Origin: Psilocybe cubensis
Lineage: Eukaryota
Reading direction: 5' to 3'
Assembly (NCBI GenBank): GCA_017499595.2
Contig: CM039002.1
Span: 558,001-622,000, forward strand
DNA length: 64,000 bases
In this document: piece after piece, positions 35,793-48,957 of the stretch
How the letters are laid out: the number at the start of each line of letters is the position of its first letter
How positions within the stretch are numbered: position 1 is the first letter of the stretch
Notes under the pieces: model-generated
What the model was told of the DNA's origin: nothing
Seen by the model: the letters and a program-made list of their open reading frames with translations, nothing else
Databases searched by the model: none
Program-made: the position numbers and the translations under genes

Positions 35793-36698
35793 TTATGCGA
35801 CTTTTTTCGGCCTTTGACCAAATATCCCAGTTCCGACTCGCACAATATCGCTCCCCGCCTTGAGAGCCGCTTCATAGTCGCTGGACATACCCATGCTCAA
35901 GAGCAGACGTCCCGAAGTTTTATCTCCCCATTTCTCTCCCACCTGCCCAAAGTTCTGTTCCAGGTAACTGTGCAACAGATCTCTGGTTTCTTTAAGCCGC
36001 TCGAAATCTGCATTCTTTTCTGTTTCGGATGCAGTAAGAGATAGCTCCAAAGCACCGATAGTCATCAAGCCTTCCAACTGGAGACTTGGACATTCTGTCA
36101 AGATGTGCTTTGCTAGCAGGGCGACCTCCGAGTTTGCAATGTCGGACGATGATGTCAGTGGTGGGATCCCTGACTTGGAGTCTTCACCAGAGGTGTTGAT
36201 TTGAATCAGGATCCTCAGCGGTGATGACCTATCCGTCGGTAGCGCTTTTTGCAGCGCTGTCGCTGCCTTGATTGAGCCTAACGTCTGGATGCTATACAAA
36301 TTGGGAATCGCTTTTTGACACAGATTAGACGACAGAAAAACAAGGATAATGTTACTCACAAGCAAGAGTTTTAGCTTTGTTCGATTGTAGGGTTCCAATA
36401 AAATGCCAACGAATATCCGCAGGAAGCTATTGAGATAAGTAGGCTTCCTTCTGCATTGCGAAACTTAACTCACCACGCGAGCCTTCTCCTCCAATTCTTT
36501 TACGTAATTCTCTCCGAAGTCCAGCTGGCCGTGCTTATAGCATGCAATTATATCAGAGGCAGGCTTCACTTTTGAAACTGCGACCAAAGTAGGAGACCTC
36601 GCAGGCAGCGAAGCAGCCTGAATCCTTGCCCGGACCTCGGCTAAAGATTCCAAAAGTTCGGTTGTTCGCTCCTCCGTCGGATTCAAATCTGTGGACAT
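35793..36698 (-). CDS. PLPBP: Pyridoxal phosphate homeostasis protein (YggS/PROSC family)
   Basis: [78 protein letters not shown]. Confidence 0.93.
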
Positions 36699-37129
36699 TT
36701 TGCGTGAATATCGTCTTTTAAGAATTTGCGTATATCGTGGGTAAGATATGTGACTGAAGTAACTCAGTCTCATATATGTGGCAGGACAGTAAGTAGTAAG
36801 CTTACATTCAGATTGCGACGGACTTCAGTGCAACATGGATTACGTAATGTTGATCTTATCAGGCAACACCACTTAAGTAGTCCCGGCGTTACTTTGCTTA
36901 TGCTATGCACGAAGACTAACCGCATAAATATGAGGGGTACTCTACTTCTTTACCGAAACACTCCGTCACGGTGGGTGGGAGAGGAGCAGAGGTAAGTGAT
37001 TTCGCTGTCTATCACATTGTAGATTACTGAGGTGTTCAATAGAATTTTTCAAGTTGAATCAGTCTATTAATCCGATTTCTAGACGTTAGATAATAATATC
37101 ACTGGAATACGCGTCATTCTGTCTATCGA

Positions 37130-38140
37130 ATGCCACCAATCGCCCTCACCTACCCACACGTCGAAGATTGTCAAAAGCGCATACGGGCCTTCTTCGTGGG
37201 AGTCTGTTTGATAGACACTTCCAGAGCGAAGCTTGTGTATGTACATGTACATGACTGATTTGATGTTTGTGCTTTAAGATACTTACCTTTAGTACATCAC
37301 ATTGTATTTCGTCAGGTGAGCTACTTTGGTAAAACTCTTAAAAGCATATTAGTAACTCCATTACAGGTGGTTAGACAATGGTCATCCGGTCTATGCATTT
37401 ACCAGGGAAGATCTTCCCAGCTGGTATCTGACTATCGCCTCAGAGTCTCCGGAGGAGATTCGCTTTATCATCAAGCTTGGTCCTGAAGACGGGAGAGAGC
37501 CATCGATCGTGTTTTATCTCCAAGGTCCCCTTATAGGGCTAGGGTTTCTCAAATTCGATGCAGTTGATGCTTGGTTTGAAGAGGAAGAACAGATATTCGT
37601 CCACCCACGGGATCCATATAAGGTGCGTGTGTATTTCATATCCATAAATTTAGTTTTCATTAGGTTCTTTAGAGGATCGATGTACTGCAATCTTCGAGAC
37701 ATGTACGCATTGAGGTGAATGGCATCGAGATAGCTAACACTCGTTGTCCAATAATGTTGTTCGAAACTGGACACCCGATGAGGACGTATATCCCGAAGAC
37801 CCACACCCGTCTTGACCTGTGGGTGCCTTCCGGACACCAAACTACGTGCCCGTATAAGGTAGGGGACTCTCTTGAGTATACATTCCGGCTGTTCTTACTT
37901 GCATAATAGGGAGTTGCGACACACTTCAATATCGTTTTATCCTCAGGAGAAACGTTCGAAAATGTTATGTGGTCTTACACCAATACGACCTCAGAAAGCG
38001 CCAATATAAAAGGGTTAGTAGCTTTTCTCGACGAGAAAGTGGATGTTTGGATAGACGGAGAGCTTCAAGAACGCCCAGAACTCCCATCAACTCCCCAAAT
38101 TGTTCAAAAAAACACGAAACAGTTCGCAGAAAACTTTTAA
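37130..38140 (+). CDS. DUF427-domain protein (two DUF427 units), tandem copy 1
   Basis: PHVEDCQKRIRAFF...DTSRAKLV|WLDN...FDAVDAWFEEEEQIFVHPRDPYK|RIDVLQSSRHVRIEVNG...LFETGHPMRTYIP...TTCPYK|GVA...WSYT...GLVAFLDEKVDVWIDG. Confidence 0.88.
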
Positions 38141-38442
38141 ATATATTTGTAATGGCATTGTACCTGTGCCAACATCGAAATGTTTGGTTAATCTTGATAG
38201 AACTAAAGTACTTTGTTCAGCCAAACCTAATAGCCTGAACACATGCTATATCGACTCCTCATGCATCATGTCTTGATTTTTTTTCTTGAGTGCTCAACTG
38301 GAATTGTCGTTACAAGGCCATGGACTCCGCGGCACTCATTCGTTACGTAACAAAAGATGACATATCCGTTTACAGTGTTGAACATTGATCGTCACATCGA
38401 ACCTGACTCAACCGCCGACGACGTCTTTGTGTTGTACTTATA

Positions 38443-39689
38443 ATGCAGCAACCGTCTATTAACAAGGAACTTGGTCAAGAGCAAGGGCGGAAGATAAAGC
38501 TCATGCCGAAAGCGACGTTAAGAGCAAAGAGGTCGGATTTGTTACCTATTGTTTGTAGTATGCTGAGGAAAGCTGAACAGCGTCCAATTGGTAGATTGGA
38601 GACTAAACAAGGAGATGTTAAGACCGTACCACATATCTTGCACCCTGCAGGTTTCCCACTTCCACATGTTGAAGACTCTCGGAAGCGTATTAGAGTCTAC
38701 TTTGGAGGTGTCTGCGTAATAGACACCACGAAAGCGAAGCTTGTGTATGTCCTGCTTGGTTTTCTATGATTCTTAGAGGAATGTAATTCTGGTGCTCACG
38801 ACTACAATCACAACGTAAATTTCTCAGGTGTGTCTCAATTTTATATAGATTTCAAACCTTAATGTTCGTTGGGCAGGTGGTTAAACAATCACCATCCGGT
38901 TTACGCATTCACAAGAGAGGACCTTCCTAGCTGGTACCTCAGTATCGCGTCGGAGACCCCTAAAGAAATTCAGTTCATTGTTAAGCTCGGTCCTCAGCCT
39001 GAAAGGTTCCCAGCCATTACATTTCATCTCGCTGGACCTCTGATAGGATTGGGATTTATCAAGTTTGAGGCTGTAGATGCTTGGTTCGAGGAGGAGGAGC
39101 AGATCTACGTGCACCCTCGGGATCCGTACAAAGTGCGTGGGATATGCGTTCTCTGTCCGTGCTATGAGCTTGCTATAATCGTATTTTCACAGAGAATTGA
39201 TGTGCTTCAATCCTCCAGACATGTTCGTATTGAAATCAACGGTGTGGAGATAGCTAACACGCGCTGTCCTCTCTTGTTGTTCGAAACCGGAGAGCCTATG
39301 AGGATATACATTCCTAGGACACACACTCGAATGGACCTTTGGCATCCTTCATCACGCACAATCGCCAGCCCTTACAAAGTAAGTTCATAGGTCCTTTTTT
39401 GATCCGTTGCTTCATGGCTGCGTACCAGGGGACAGCGGAACTCTACAATGTTGTCCTCTCCTCGGGAGAGACGTTCGAGGATATTATGTGGTCATACCCC
39501 AGTACGACTCTGGAATGTGTGACTGTGAAAGGGATGGTCGCGTTCTTTGACGAGAGAGTAGATGTATGGTTAGACGAAGAAAAGCAAGAGCGTCCTAACG
39601 ATCCAAGCGGGCCCGCTACACCTGGACCTTCCCATCCACCCGAGGTGTTTAAACCGGGAAACGATTTACTTATCTTACAGAAACCGTAG
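38443..39689 (+). CDS. DUF427-domain protein, tandem copy 2 (start uncertain)
   Basis: Same exon structure and motifs as copy 1: PHVEDSRKRIRVYFGG...AKLV|WLNN...AWFEEEEQIYVHPRDPYK|RIDVLQSSRHVRIEING...SPYK|G...WSYP...AFFDERVDVWLD. Confidence 0.85.
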
Positions 39690-40955
39690 TCTTGAGAAAC
39701 AAGTTCAAAGAAATCGTTTTTATTCTGCAATGGTTTGGTCATCAGCACTAGGTAAGGTTGAAATTTCTCGCAGGTATCGTAGTCCCGACCATCACCGTCA
39801 TTGCGTCTTCCCTCTCGCAGTTCCCTGACAATCCCTCTGGACCAAACTTTCTCTCTAAGGAAAATTGCTTTAAATAGACATATTGTACATGTCAACCTTG
39901 TCCTCGTAATACTTGGCTGCATGGCGAGCTCGACGCCCATATGCATGGGACAGCTTCTTCACACATACACACACGAGTTATCTCTCCGCCTTACGATCCG
40001 GACTGTCGAATTTTTTTGATAATAAACCGTGCTTCTGAGGAAACATCATGTTGACCCCTTTTCGAGGGATCAACGCTCACACAGGCCCCGGGAAGCTCCC
40101 CTAAGGGCTTGTCCGGAATTTTGCTGATTTTTGGCCCTCAAATCCGCGAAACCGGACAGAGCTCCTCAGGGGTACTTCCAAATATGGAAAATTTTCTCCC
40201 CTGCGGGGCGTCAATCAGTCACCACCGACAAAATAACACCATTGTTATGTGCAAACCCTCATAGAAAGGATAATAATGCTCGCTATATATAGAGGGAAAA
40301 TATGAATTCATGTAGCACGCATGTAAGGGAGGGAGAAGATGTGACTGAGAGAAAGTGATTGGGAAGAAAAGGATGATTTGGCGGACGTTTGACGGACATT
40401 TATCTACTGTCGACAAGGTCCTGTACGATTAACAAGCTCGAATAGGGTCACATACAATGATACAAACACTTGTTATTCAACTTATTGTTGGATTATTAGA
40501 GCGTTAGTTGCAAACATGTACTTGACAATATGTCCAACTTCAATAAACTAGACAAAAGAAACCAAATTTAATATTTGTTGAGAGGAGATAGTAGATAGCA
40601 AAACAAGAGTACAAGCATAAAGGTTGAAACCGGTACAAGTACAATTTATAAGGTATCGACAATAATGATAATAATTAGTTCACAGTTGGATCCATACCGA
40701 CTGAATATAATTTGCAGTATGTGCCCAAGAAAGCAAAGAAAAAAAAAAGTAAAGTAAAGAAAGCAAGAAATAAAACCCTGAAAGTAAGATGTGAACTTAA
40801 GTATCGACAGACGGAGAAAAGAACAAAGAGGGAACTTACCAAAAAGACAAGAGGAGAGGATAGGTCAAATGTAAGCCATCTTTAATCGTTGTCGAGTGTC
40901 GAGAGCACCACACGGCAGCAATACAAAAGACACCTCCTTTCCCCATTGCCACGTC

Positions 40956-43900
40956 TCAGACGAACATCCTCTTCGCCGACTCCGGTCGTCCACCATCGTC
41001 ATCCCTGTATCTTTTATTATTACTGTTCGTGCCGCTGGAATTGTTCATGTTCATGTTTCCCAAGTTACTGCCACTGCGGTTCCATGTGAAACTTCCCCTC
41101 CTTGGTGTAACGGGCGGTGCTGATCCTGCTGCTGATGAAGGAGATGATTGAATAAAGTACACGTCAATCGATGGTTTCTTCAGTCGCTTCCTCCTCGAGC
41201 GATCTCCATTTCCAGCATTAGAATTATCGCCAATCATTGGACTGGATGGGTTGGAATGGACGAGCGATTCAATGGTCATCGCCGTAGCGGTGCCTCCGGG
41301 AGAAGTGTTCAATGCGTCAATGGGAGCAGGCTGTGGTTTCTTTTTGTACTAAGATATCGTAAGGGGCCAACAAAGGAATGGACGGAAGTAATCGATACTT
41401 ACGGTCTCGAGCTCGGGTTTTCCTCTCCACTTTGCAATGGCTTCACAGAATCGTACTGCTGCCCTCTCTACAGGTTCTGCTGGGTATTGCCATGCCAGGT
41501 CTTCCATATGGGTAGCACAGTCAGGCGTTGAGGCTGGTATATCGTAGAACTAGACGTCAAAAACCACGTTAGCATCAATATTCCAGATGTCGGAATAAAA
41601 TGATCCATGAAGTATCATGAAGGTACCGAGTCTGGCGTCGGACCTCATCGACACCCTAGCGGAACAGGAAAATAAAGAAGTATAACAAACTTACCCTTTT
41701 CAACCTCTCGTGCATCTCCATTTCATACTCCTCTTCTCCCTTACTCTTAATCCCCGCGAATTCATTCTCCTGATCCCTTAAGCTAGGGAAAAGAATCTTG
41801 ATGGCGTCCACGAGATTAGGAAGCTCATCTGGGTCCAATGACGAGAACTCGTCGTCATCGACATCATCCTCATCAATCTCAGCAGGGTCCACGTTCTCCT
41901 TCCCCGCATGCTCGTTGATACCAAGTCCCACCAACAACAGGCATTGCACAGCTTGAAGTCCAGTCCAGCCAGCGGTCAAGTAGCCTTCGAGCACGGCTCG
42001 CGTTAGCAGCCCTGCAAGGAGCATATACCACTCAGACGATGGGCGCAGGGCGAACTCATACATCCTGTTTTGAGCTTGGGTTTGCGCGGAAGGTGCCTGT
42101 TGAGGCTGACGCGAGTTCCTCGACGCCAACGAGGGTGACGCAGGAGGTGGTAGTGGCGAGTATCTTCCACCCCCGATAGTCCACCCTGCCTCGCTCCTCG
42201 GTGTTCCCATGTAAGCGCTTCCTGAAGCAGAAGGAGTAGCACCCCGACCCGCGACACCGTCCCGCTCTTTTCCATCCTCACTCGCGTTTGTGTCCTCCTC
42301 TCCGCGCGCCTCCCTCCCCAACTCAGCGGCCACAAGCGCAGATAGTCTTATGAACCTTGGGATAAGCTTGCTCAGCTTCGTATTCCCCGCACCCGTCGAA
42401 CCCTTTCCGTCTTCCCTGACCTTCCTCCTCAGCGCGCTCCCGCGTACACCCGGCCGAAGCAAACCAGACCCAATACCACTACCATCCTCCCAACCAGTGA
42501 TCCCTCCACCTCCTGGGGCCACTATCCCAGTCTTTGTCCTCCATGTCACACCAGACCCGGCGGAAGCCCCTATCATTGAAGGTCTGTTGTTGGCGGAGCG
42601 CGGGGACGTACCAACACCCCCGCCACCGGCACCCCCGAACGAGCTCCCTCGGCCACGAGAGTTGCTGCTCCCCGTCTGTCGCGGTGGTGATTTAGCCTCA
42701 ACACAAATCTCGCAGCCCGTGTGCAGGTGGCGCGGGCATCGGAAGGCCGGTGGCGAGTTGGCCGTGCTGGGATCCGCACCTACAGCGTATAGCGCTCGTG
42801 TACGTTGACTAGCGTGCGGTCGATTTGTAGATTGCATCGGAGGCCCCAAAGGTTGCGAGCTTTGCTGCTGGTGCTGTATAGATGGGTACTGCATGTGCAT
42901 ATTGCGCGGTGAGTTGGTCTGAGTATAACCTTGGTGGCCTGAGTTGGAGCGTCCAGGGGAGTAGTTGTGATACTGCTGCTGCTGATTCTGTGAGGGCCGG
43001 ATTGGCGACGATCGACGAACCGGCGCAAAGGCACCTGACACAGGCGCAAGCGTCGCTAACGCATTTGGCAAATCCGAAGGTGAAGGTACTACGGAAGACT
43101 GAGGCGAGTGATCCGGCGGGGTGGATGCAGCCGCTGACTTAGCCGTGTTGGGTGTAGTTACATTAGTTGCATGGGTGTGGCGATATGGGGGAGAAGGTGC
43201 CTGCCTGGCAAACAGATCGTTGACGATCGTCCCCAGAGCCAACCTCAGACGCACACCATTTGGGAGTCGATGGGGATGTGCCGCATTCGAAGCGGTCAGT
43301 TTGGGGGATGTGGGGGGTGTAAGGATATCTTCGTCGTTGATGGGATGGATCGGAGGCGGCTGATCGAGCATCGAGATGACCACCTTTTCCAGCCCTTCCG
43401 CACGCAGTCGAAGGCTACGGGCAAGAGCAAGATCTTGACGTCCAAGCCTTTCATCTTCATCGTCATTGTGAGGGTGTCCCGGTCCTCCAGCACGAGCTTT
43501 GAGAGCGACCACTTCTTCGCCCTCACTCCCCTCTTCGTCATCTTCTTCGTATGATTCAGGTCGTTTCCGATGAATGTAATTGGGGGATGTAGGCCCTCCC
43601 GTCCGATCCGTCATGCCCAACTCGGCCCTTGCTTGGGCAAAACGCGTTCTCCCTGTACCATCCGGTCAGTGAGTACTCGCTGAAGCCCAAACCTGTTACT
43701 CACCATGAACCCATAGCATATGGTCAATGATTAATGTTCGCGTACTTTTCTCCCTAGGTGGAATCGAATGAAGATGATGGGCATGTTTATGCGCAGGGGC
43801 ACGGAACGATGACTGAGGGATATTGCTGGAGGACGGACCACTGGTCGAGGCGCCAGTAGCATGTGCGCTATTTTGAATGCTAGATGTGCTTGCCACTGGC

Positions 43901-44037
43901 GTCTCTTGTCTTGGCATCGAGACATTTCTGTAAGACGGAATGGCTGACGGATACAAAGGGTTCGGTTGGTGCATGTATTGGTGCTGGTTAGCCATCCCGA
44001 TGGTCGAGAAAGGGTCCTTATGTTGGTCGAATTGCAT
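40956..44037 (-). CDS. Hypothetical protein, largely disordered with several ordered blocks, four exons
   Basis: Spliced ORFs: IPPREKSTRTLIIDHMLWVHG|RTRFAQARAELGM...RCPRHLHTGCEIC...WYMLLAGLLTRAVLEGYL...|FYDIPASTPDCATHMEDLAWQYPAEPVERAAVRFCEAIAKWRGKPELET|YKKK...KRMFV*. Confidence 0.8.
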
Positions 44038-45549
44038 CTGTGGGGAAGGGACTCTCACCGAATTTGTACAAGAACCGATCGAACAGTCCCGAGTTTGCCC
44101 TAAGTGCCGTGGGAATTTTGGTCACTGCTCATAACCCATCATCTGGCAACGCCAAACCGTGTGCTTGCAAATCACATCCATCCACCCTCGCCGACCCTTT
44201 GGCTTCTTGCTTCGTCTTCACAATTTAACCTGCCATAGGCGTGGAAATCGAAATAAAAGATTCGCACACCGGGGTCCCCTGATTTGCATCTCAATTCAGT
44301 TTAGCCCTGCATCCTTTTATTCTTGCCGAGTTGATGAACTGAGGAGCTGCGATTCAGTCCAGATTTTCTGTACATAGGCAATGAAAGGCTCACATAGACT
44401 ATCTCTTGCCCTTTCCACCACCAAAAGACCACGAAACCTAGTTTCATCGCAAGGCGAAAAAGAATGCTAGTCGATATCCTGCCGTGGATATGGGACAAAA
44501 ATGAAGCAAAGGAAACACCCCGTTCCCCGGGCGTTCTGCTCTCTTTATACTTTCATGCTAATAATCGTCGGGCACATTGCTGACATCGCATTGATACTAT
44601 TCAGGACATTATTTCGCGCCTTCATTCTCGCGTGAGACCGGATTCTGGCAATATCTATTTTCTTCAGTCAGCTTCGAGATAAGGTGATTGACGATGCGCT
44701 CACCACTGTAATGAATATGAGGCACTTTTTACAAGTGTATGGTACACATAAGCCATCAGTTACTTTTTTTCGTGTGTGTTCAGTGCCGATCGTAAAACAG
44801 GCCCTGTGTATTTCCGGACTTCGATATTTATACGGGTAAATTTGAATCGCAAAACTAGCACGAAACCGACCAATATTGACAAACCACGAAGTGAAAGGAT
44901 ATTCGCAAAGCAATTTCAATTATCCACTGCGTTGTAGAGGCCATACATACACAAACGCGTCTTTAGGCGCCTTCCTATACTGGACCGAAAGTAAGTCAGC
45001 GATTCGTGTAATGCAAATATACTTTTCTCGTACGTGAGCGTGAACATACGTCATGCCGTGAGGCTATATAGAAGCCAGATGACAAGTTCATTTCTTGAAA
45101 GACAACCAACATTCACTGATGTCAAAAGAGCTAGACCGGGCTGCAAAACGATAAGAGAAAATCTTGGAGGCTCCTCATCTACACGTCGAGAATGATAAAT
45201 GCTCAAAGTGGACGGATTGCAGGCAAAGACGCTTCGGGGATCCATTCGATGGAAAAGTACTGCTACAACGTTTTCAGTACACATGCACATATGATGGATA
45301 TTTACAACTTACCTAATGTGCGTAACCAAAGTATATAAACGAAGAGTATAGCGTGAAGAATTTTATGAGGGCATCCAAAGTGTGACAGTGGAGGGATCGA
45401 TCGATGTAGCGATTGCAGGAAGTGAATATATGCATATGTTGAGTATCCCTCACTTCTGACTAAAACTAAAAATACATGACAGATCATATATGTTTGTTTA
45501 AAGTGTATAAGTAAAGAAATCTCACTTACTTGGATTATGCTCATGCGTC

Positions 45550-46800
45550 TAGCTCTTGGTCCTGTTCGATTGTGCTTGCTTTTTAAAGCTAATTGAAAAT
45601 TGCTCTCCCTTCACTGGAACAGGAAAATCCCAGTTACACGTCATGCATTCTGGCATCGAGTTAGAACTGGTGGCCATCTTCCATGCTGGTGAGAATTTGA
45701 ACGTTGGGCGTAACCACAACGCAATCTTGGACAACTTCTTGAACATATAATAAACCAATTTGAGAGATGAGACCGATACTAGCGAAGACTCACCCTAAAG
45801 TCGATAGCAAGACGTTGCATAGTTGGCACAGGGTGCCTTATCAAAAAGAAGGGGTCAGGACAGAGATTCGATGCAGTTGGTGGGGTGTTGAAAGTAAAGG
45901 GATATATGCGCGTATATACGCTTTTGGTCGTCTTGTAAACCGAAGGTAATCACTGACGCGTAAATACACCAATAGGAGCCTCAAAATAAGCGGAAGAAGA
46001 AAAGCTTACCAGACCTCTCCAGTGCTATCCATTTCCCCAGGTTCCGTTCCCCAACCTCCATCTCTACACCAAGCCCACATGCATTCCGAGAGGGTTACCA
46101 CAATCAGCACAATTTACCAATTGTTGTAGCGAATGACGCGCATGGTTTATTGAAGTACCAACGAGTGGTACCTAAAACCATAAATTCGAGCGTTCAAAGG
46201 CCGAAAAAATATGAGGAGCATGATAATACAGTAGATAGAAGGTTGTGGGATGAAAGAGAGTGGCTCTAGTAGAGTCTAGGCGAATTGTACATCCAGCTCA
46301 GCTCTAATTGACGTGATTGGATCATACAGCCATCAGTGGCAGTGCAGCTGGTATAAATTTGTGGCTCGGTTGAATGCGTCCTCTTTCCGAACCCTCCTGT
46401 CTTGTCGGCCGTTGGCACAGAGCAAAGAAAACCAAGACTCTCTGGAAGCCGGTAATCCTTTCTTGAACTGGAGTATAAACATTGGTTCCCGGATGCTGAA
46501 CGATATATATTTTTTTTGTTAAATGAGACCTCGCTTCTTCGTTTGAAAACAGGTTCTTCGCAGGTTCTCCCACACGAGGCTAGAGCTGGCTGGTGATTCC
46601 CTATGCCAATGACTTTTGGTTTTTCTCCGCAATTTCTGTAACGTACGTATCATCAGTATATCTAACTATAGGGGTATCTTCTTGCGCGTGCTTAACAGCT
46701 GTCCTATTGATCAAAACCGGGCTTGGAACCTTTACTCAGGGCCCAACTTCATCACTAGTTGTCCCCGCCAGCTTGACATGTGCGACAAAGGATTAAAAAA
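45550..46800 (-). pseudogene. Possible degraded gene remnant of unknown family
   Basis: Protein-like stretches (VQHPGTNVYTPVQERITGFQRVLVFFALCQRP; LYVQEVVQDCIVVTPNVQIL) with splice-like signals, interrupted by in-frame stops. Confidence 0.25.
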
Positions 46801-46993
46801 CAAGTTCGTTACGCTTAAAAAATATCTGTTTTGAACTACTAAAATACACTGTACTTCTAGCGTCACTTTCTTATGAGCATGCAATCAAAATCCGTGCTCT
46901 TCAGTCGTCTTTAAGCTCTGACTGCCAACTGGCGATGACGATAATCTGACTGGCATACAACTATGTTCTTGGAGACTGGCTGAGTCTGGCTCA

Positions 46994-47207
46994 CACTGCT
47001 GGCGCTGATACATATTTGATAGAAAAATATGTATTGGTAATTATGTTTCCTGTTGGTTTTTGACATATTTTTCTCGTATACAGAGTCCGGGGTTACCCAA
47101 TTAGGGAAGCCCGAAGCCTATATTCCAATAAAATATGTCAAAAAAATGTAGGAAACATAATTACTGGGTCTTATTTTCTTTGAAAATATGTATGAGCGCC
47201 AGCGGTG
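46994..47207. mobile_element. MITE (214 bp) with CAC(T/C)G termini, ~78-bp imperfect TIRs and 3-bp TSD (CACTA/EnSpm-like)
   Basis: Left CACTGCTGGCGCTGATACATATTT...GTAATTATGTTTCCT...TTTTGACATATTTT aligns without gaps to the reverse complement of the right end, CACCGCTGGCGCTCATACATATTT...GTAATTATGTTTCCT...TTTTGACATATTTT. TCA flanks both sides (46991-93 and 47208-10). Confidence 0.88.
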
Positions 47208-48957
47208 TCAAACTGTTTTGCAAAGAAAACTTTGACTCCGATTTCGTTCTCCGCCGGAACACTCCCGAACATCTGGAGCCAGGATTGATTGTCTTCCAGC
47301 CTCGTCGTGCTCGGGCTACGTGAGGCAGGTCCTTCGTTGTCAATGCTGACGAGGACGAGGTGGAAATGCTAGCACGTTTTTTTTTCTCGCTGACGAAAAC
47401 GAGGAGGCAAACGTCCGACAGAATCTCTGGCTCGTGTGTACACTATGTTCTCGCTTGTCACGGATTGGCCTTCTCTACCAATAACTTGGAATTTCCTGAG
47501 AAAATTTCTTTGCCATGACTTCTAATGTGCAACAGTTCCTGCAAAAATGCTATACATGTTGCTCAGAGCTTGGGAACTCGAAGGCAATCTCCGATAAGAT
47601 GTGGGCTGCTGTCAGCAAGTATATCCGGGTCGCCAAGCGTCTGAGGGGAAGGAGAGAAAAACTAGGAAGAACCGGTGAGCACGCGCAGTTTAACTCTAAC
47701 GTTACCTAGAACATAAGGAAATACCAGGAAGCGGGTGAACTCGGGACCCAGAAGAAGTAGGTATTAGCCTTCTATGTCTAGGCAGCCGCAGCCGCAGCCG
47801 CAGTCCCGACTAGGGTCCGCAAAATATCATTTGGTTGATATACCATCGATAGAATTCACCTTTATCTCAATGCCCATCTGAATTGATACAGCACATACCA
47901 ATGTGAAAACCTGTCAATCCAATCCGGCACCGTGAATGCACGAATGATATCAATTCTTGAGGTTTGTACTTGTGTTTGTCGATTTCTAATAAGCTCATTG
48001 AACGCGACAAGGAATGCATTTTAAATGTCCTAGGCTTCATCATTCAGAGATAACGAACTGTTTCAGTTTTTTCCTGAGCATATGACGGGGTTGTGAAGCA
48101 TGAAGCTGAAGGGTGACTGTGACTGCGCTCCCAGGTCATGGCATGATTCAATTGTAAATCTTATAATTAGCACAGTGAATACGCCCCTCACTTATTTGAG
48201 GCACTTCATGTAGGACATTGACAGATAGTACGCAGATGTGCACTGGCAGGGGAGCACTGCCTATATCACCGACAATCTCCATCCCGATGTTCACGAATAA
48301 CAAATTTCAAGCAATAGGGTTCTCTGGTTTATTGAACCACCTTTCAACGCATCCATGGAAATTATGTGAAGTTTCAAATTTGGGCCCGTAGAGTTTTAAA
48401 CATATAACACTGCACCTTTAGGCGCCTTCAATGTTCATTGGACTGTCTGACATTTGGATTACCTCAGAGCTTTACTTAGGCATTGCATCATGACCCACCA
48501 TGATTATCTATCCATCAAGCGCCCATGGACATCCATCAACCATGAATTTCCGCGTGCTAACCTGTCTATCGGTGCTGATATTGTGCTGCCAGGCTTATTT
48601 AAATAAGCTTTTCTGCGATTGCCCTGAGCCAGCAAAGTGGTAAGCGTGCTATGTGCACTGTCGTTCTATGGATCGACTTGTCTTAAATGATAGTATCACT
48701 TTTGCGACCCACACAACCAGGTACATATTCATCTGCTTTTTATAACTGAGGACTTTAACGGCCTTGAATCCGTTATGTATACTGGCTTCCCAGGCGCCTA
48801 ATTTAGATCTTAAATGTAATAGAGTGTTTGGATAATATTCAATGTGTGAAACGCATCACACCAGAAAGAGTTCTCTGAAATAGACTGTAAAAAATTTATA
48901 CATAAGAACCGTGTGCTGACTAGGCTAAAAACTTGTTTGCGTTGCTACCAGCCTACA

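Noticed and set aside
20664-39689. Biosynthetic or CAZyme gene cluster (GST, CE4, AA9, YggS, DUF427)
   Set aside because: No backbone enzyme or shared pathway; looks like ordinary mixed gene order.
46900-46985. Possible box C/D snoRNA (GATGA...CTGA motifs)
   Set aside because: Boxes are too close together or degenerate, with no terminal stem or recognisable rRNA-complementary guide.
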